From Octopus sinensis (taxonomy: Eukaryota), in assembly GCF_006345805.1 (NCBI RefSeq), contig NC_043003.1:44888001-44952000 (forward strand): DNA of 64,000 nt. The letters run 5' to 3'. This document shows positions 60,796 to 64,000 of the stretch, piece after piece. The translations under genes and the position numbers were made by a program. Within the stretch, counting starts at the first letter, position 1. Each line of letters opens with the position of its first letter. The notes beneath the pieces were generated by a model, which saw only the letters and a list, made by a program, of their open reading frames with translations, did not search any database and was not told where the DNA came from.

Positions 60796-61631
60796 AATTT
60801 TACTTACACAATAAATCCACAGCTCATCAGTAGGATTCGTCATAATTGCATAATCTATTAACAGTGAAACAATTGTCTAGGGTTAATCTACATTTTTGTT
60901 ATTTTTCATTTGTCCTGCTCGTTTACATTCATAGTTGTGCTAATTTTCCTTGAGAACAATTCTTGGTGGTTGAGACCATTGCGGATTTATTTTTAGCGCA
61001 AGAGCGTCCATATAGTGGATTCTCTCTTATATCTGTGTATTAATATTTACTGAATCCCAGTTTTTATGCGCTAAACCACTTGGTGTTAAACTCATGTTAT
61101 TAATTTAATATCCAATTTTTTCACCCTTATTTTTGATTTTAATCATACTGCAGTAAATTATTTATGCAGTGTTTGTTTCCGGGAATTTTGGCGAGCTATA
61201 ACGAGGGCATTTGAATCATAACTGCGAATATAATAGGCTGAACTACTCGTGTGTTTGACTTTGTGTTAAAATCTGGCGTGCGGTTCAGCAAATTATATTC
61301 ATGACAAATCCTACTGATGAGCTGTGGATTTATTGTGTAAGTAAAATTGCATAATCTATAAACATTGAAACAATTGTCTAGGGTTAATCTATATTTTTGT
61401 TATTTTTCATTTGTCCTGCTCGGTTATGTTCATAGTTTTGCTAATTTTCCTTGAGAACAATTCTTGATGGTTGAGACCATTGCGGATCTATTTTTAGCGC
61501 AAGAGCGTCCACATAGTGGATCCTCTCTTATATTTGTGTATTAATATTTACTGAATCCCAGTTTTTATGCGCTAAACAACTTGGTGTTAAATTGATGTTA
61601 TTAAATTAATTTTTTCACCCTTATTTTTGAT
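60796..61631 (+). mobile_element. Non-coding HHR-bearing partial tandem repeat, 501-bp period, with 48-bp 5' inversion (retrozyme or PLE pseudo-LTR-like)
   Basis: 60844-61137 directly repeated at 61345-61631; 60796-60843 = rc of 61301-61348; ends in (TA)n; no ORF. Confidence 0.9.
61307..61385 (+). ncRNA. Type I hammerhead ribozyme with long stem II and palindromic stem III
   Basis: AATCCTA-CTGATGA(61314-20)-46-nt stem II-GAAA(61367-70)-CAATTG-TC^TAGGGTT; stem I 7 bp (one GU); all core nucleotides canonical. Confidence 0.85.
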
Positions 61632-62464
61632 ATATATATATATATATATATATATACATGGAAAAAATGTCGATGTGAATTCTTGGTAGGAAATACGATT
61701 TATCGTATTGCTGTCACCAGAATTATGTCTACTGGCAAATTTCAGGCCTCTCACTGCCGACGACTCAGATATACTACATTTGCACCAGCTGCTACTCTGC
61801 ACAAATGTCACAGCTACCAACCAATCCCCAACGTTTACTTAAACGCCAAAGCATACCGATCGTCAACTCTTACCAATCCCCTACACTTGCCAATTGCCAA
61901 AGCTTATTTTGTGCGTATATACTTGTGCATTCGCAAGTATTCTTTATTTCCAACTGTTACCCATATACCAACAGCAAACCGCAACACAGTGTAATCTACC
62001 TTGACTAATCGTAGTCCAACTTACGGTAATAACAATCAAATTCTGTCATTCAGATTCGAAAGGGATGACGACTAGCATCATAACTGAAACCTGCGGATGT
62101 GTATCAAACTGTTTTGATCCATACATTTAACTCCCAAAGAGTGGGATGAATGCCTTTCTTTCATTTCTCCAGTCACTTGTATATATTTTATATTTCTTGA
62201 TTTCATTTTATATCTTCTATAAACAAATGCTGCAAACCCTCTAGCTCTTATAAACCATATACCTTGTCCGTGTCGTGTTGGTTTTTAGTACAAGAGAAAT
62301 ATAAGTTTATACAATTTGCCTGAAAAGATTTCTAAACATTTTTTCCCAAATATATCTGTAATGCCCATCCATATGCGCATATGCTTGTATATTTGTGTAT
62401 GACTCACTCTCGTACTATATATATACATACATATCTATAAGTAGACACACACACAGACATTCAT

Positions 62465-62506
<42 letters not shown>

Positions 62507-63141
62507 ATATACGCATGCAAATAGACATACGTGCATACAGACATACCTACATACGTACGTACGTGCATACTGATTTCTATTATAGCGATTATTTTTGTTC
62601 ATAGCTTCTTGACTGAAATGCCTTTCGCCTGAAGTTTAGCATTGAAACGGAAAGTGAATTTTTCTACCCATCTCTATATCTTCGGTTACGAATAGCATCA
62701 ATCATTATATACTTCATTGCTATAGAATACGAATTTTCAATATCTTCTTTCAGCTGCTAGAGCCTGGCAAGTGAGTAAGTGGACCCCGTTTGTATCTACT
62801 TACTTCAGTTGAACATCGGACAATCATAAAATTAACAAACCTTGAAGAAATATAGAATCATATCAAGCTGTATACTTTCATAAACACTTATGTATGATAT
62901 TTTAAAAGCAATTCTTCTAAACCATCTCATTTCTCAGTAGATCCTCTTTAAATAACGCAAATAATAATCTGAATGGAAGATTGCAATGAAAAATACGCAA
63001 ATTTTCAAGAAAATTCTATGATCATCCACAGGACCACATACTCTGAGAGAAGGAAATATATACATATAGACCCATATAATCATATAAATTTCAAGGAAGG
63101 AAACACAAAATGAGAAAGTTAAACCAACATACATGCAGCGT

Positions 63142-63287
63142 TACTCATTTTTGCCAGTTGAGTGGACCAGAGCAACGTGAAATTAAGTGTTTTACTCAAG
63201 AACGCAACGCGCCGCCCGGTCCAGGAATCGAAATCACAATCTTACGATCATGATGCGGACACCCTAACCACTAACACACGCGCCTCC
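63142..63287 (-). mobile_element. tRNA-derived SINE family B head/core
   Basis: actcatttttgccagttgagtggacc..gcaacgtgaaat..ggaatcgaa..cttacgatcatga..ccctaaccactaa..cacgcgcc = rc of 7633-7769. Confidence 0.8.
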
Positions 63288-64000
63288 ACATATGTGAAGA
63301 TAGATGTACATAAATTACTGAATGTGAACTGAAGACATAAGGATCAAGAATGCAAACTGAACGAAGAGAATAATTATTGAAACAAAATGATCTTAGCATG
63401 ATCCAATACACAGCGGAGGTTACTCTGCATTTTCATTAATATACACACATTGATACATTTATCTTCGTCACTTCGCCTCATGTTTTTTATTACAAAGTTA
63501 CGTTATGCTTTTGTGTACGTATCTATGTGTATACGTATTTATAAATATATATATATATATATATATATGTATATCTATCTACCCATCATCTATCTATCGC
63601 ACGCACACGCACACACACATACATATATACGTATGTAGACATATTCGTATGATGCTTTGGTGTGTCTTTTGATGAAAACTGTTTATCTCTCAGTATTTTG
63701 CTGTTTCTTTTATCGAAAACAATTTTTTTTTTGTTCTTGCAAACGTAAAAAGTCTGGCAGAACGAATGAAATTATTTCTTTCAGCCGTTTCTCTTTCACA
63801 TGGCCTTGTTAACTGTTACCTTCAATCATCCAAATAACCTTGTGCCCTGTGTGTCTACATTTTCGGTGTTACTAAAGAAAGGAAATAATAGGCAGAGCTG
63901 TATATCGACGCATTCGAAATGATCTGTGACAAATACAAATTGTTTACATTCTATTCTGGAGCAGGTGTCAGTTTAGGTCAAGAAATCCAGACTGCAGGCA

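Overview
AT-rich animal genomic DNA, essentially all intergenic/intronic. The SINE, RTE-tail and microsatellite repertoire looks like an octopus/cephalopod genome (inference from recalled repeat families, not checked). No intact host gene, rRNA, true tRNA gene or CRISPR array is supported; nearly all ORF-track calls are microsatellite translations or decayed transposon fragments. Content: two decayed Penelope-like retroelements (PLEs; RT plus C-terminal GIY-YIG, 4.1-6.9 kb and 32.0-34.2 kb, the latter with an inverted 5' arm), R4/Dong-type RLE LINEs (best preserved 41.2-43.2 kb, embedded in (TAA)n), RTE 3' ends, several Tc1/mariner fragments, non-autonomous Helitron-like elements, at least three tRNA-derived SINE families and many microsatellites. 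The most interesting signal is RNA-level: a set of type I hammerhead ribozyme (HHR) motifs. A canonical-core HHR (61307-61385) sits in a 501-bp non-coding partial tandem repeat whose first copy is split by a 48-bp inversion (retrozyme/PLE pseudo-LTR-like); a minimal HHR with a compensatory U3-A8 core pair (34059-34098) lies in the 3' end of a PLE; and a fold-back at 38.1-38.3 kb carries two degenerate HHRs. A few isolated candidate exons and an RFX-like box hint at an unidentified host gene but are weak.
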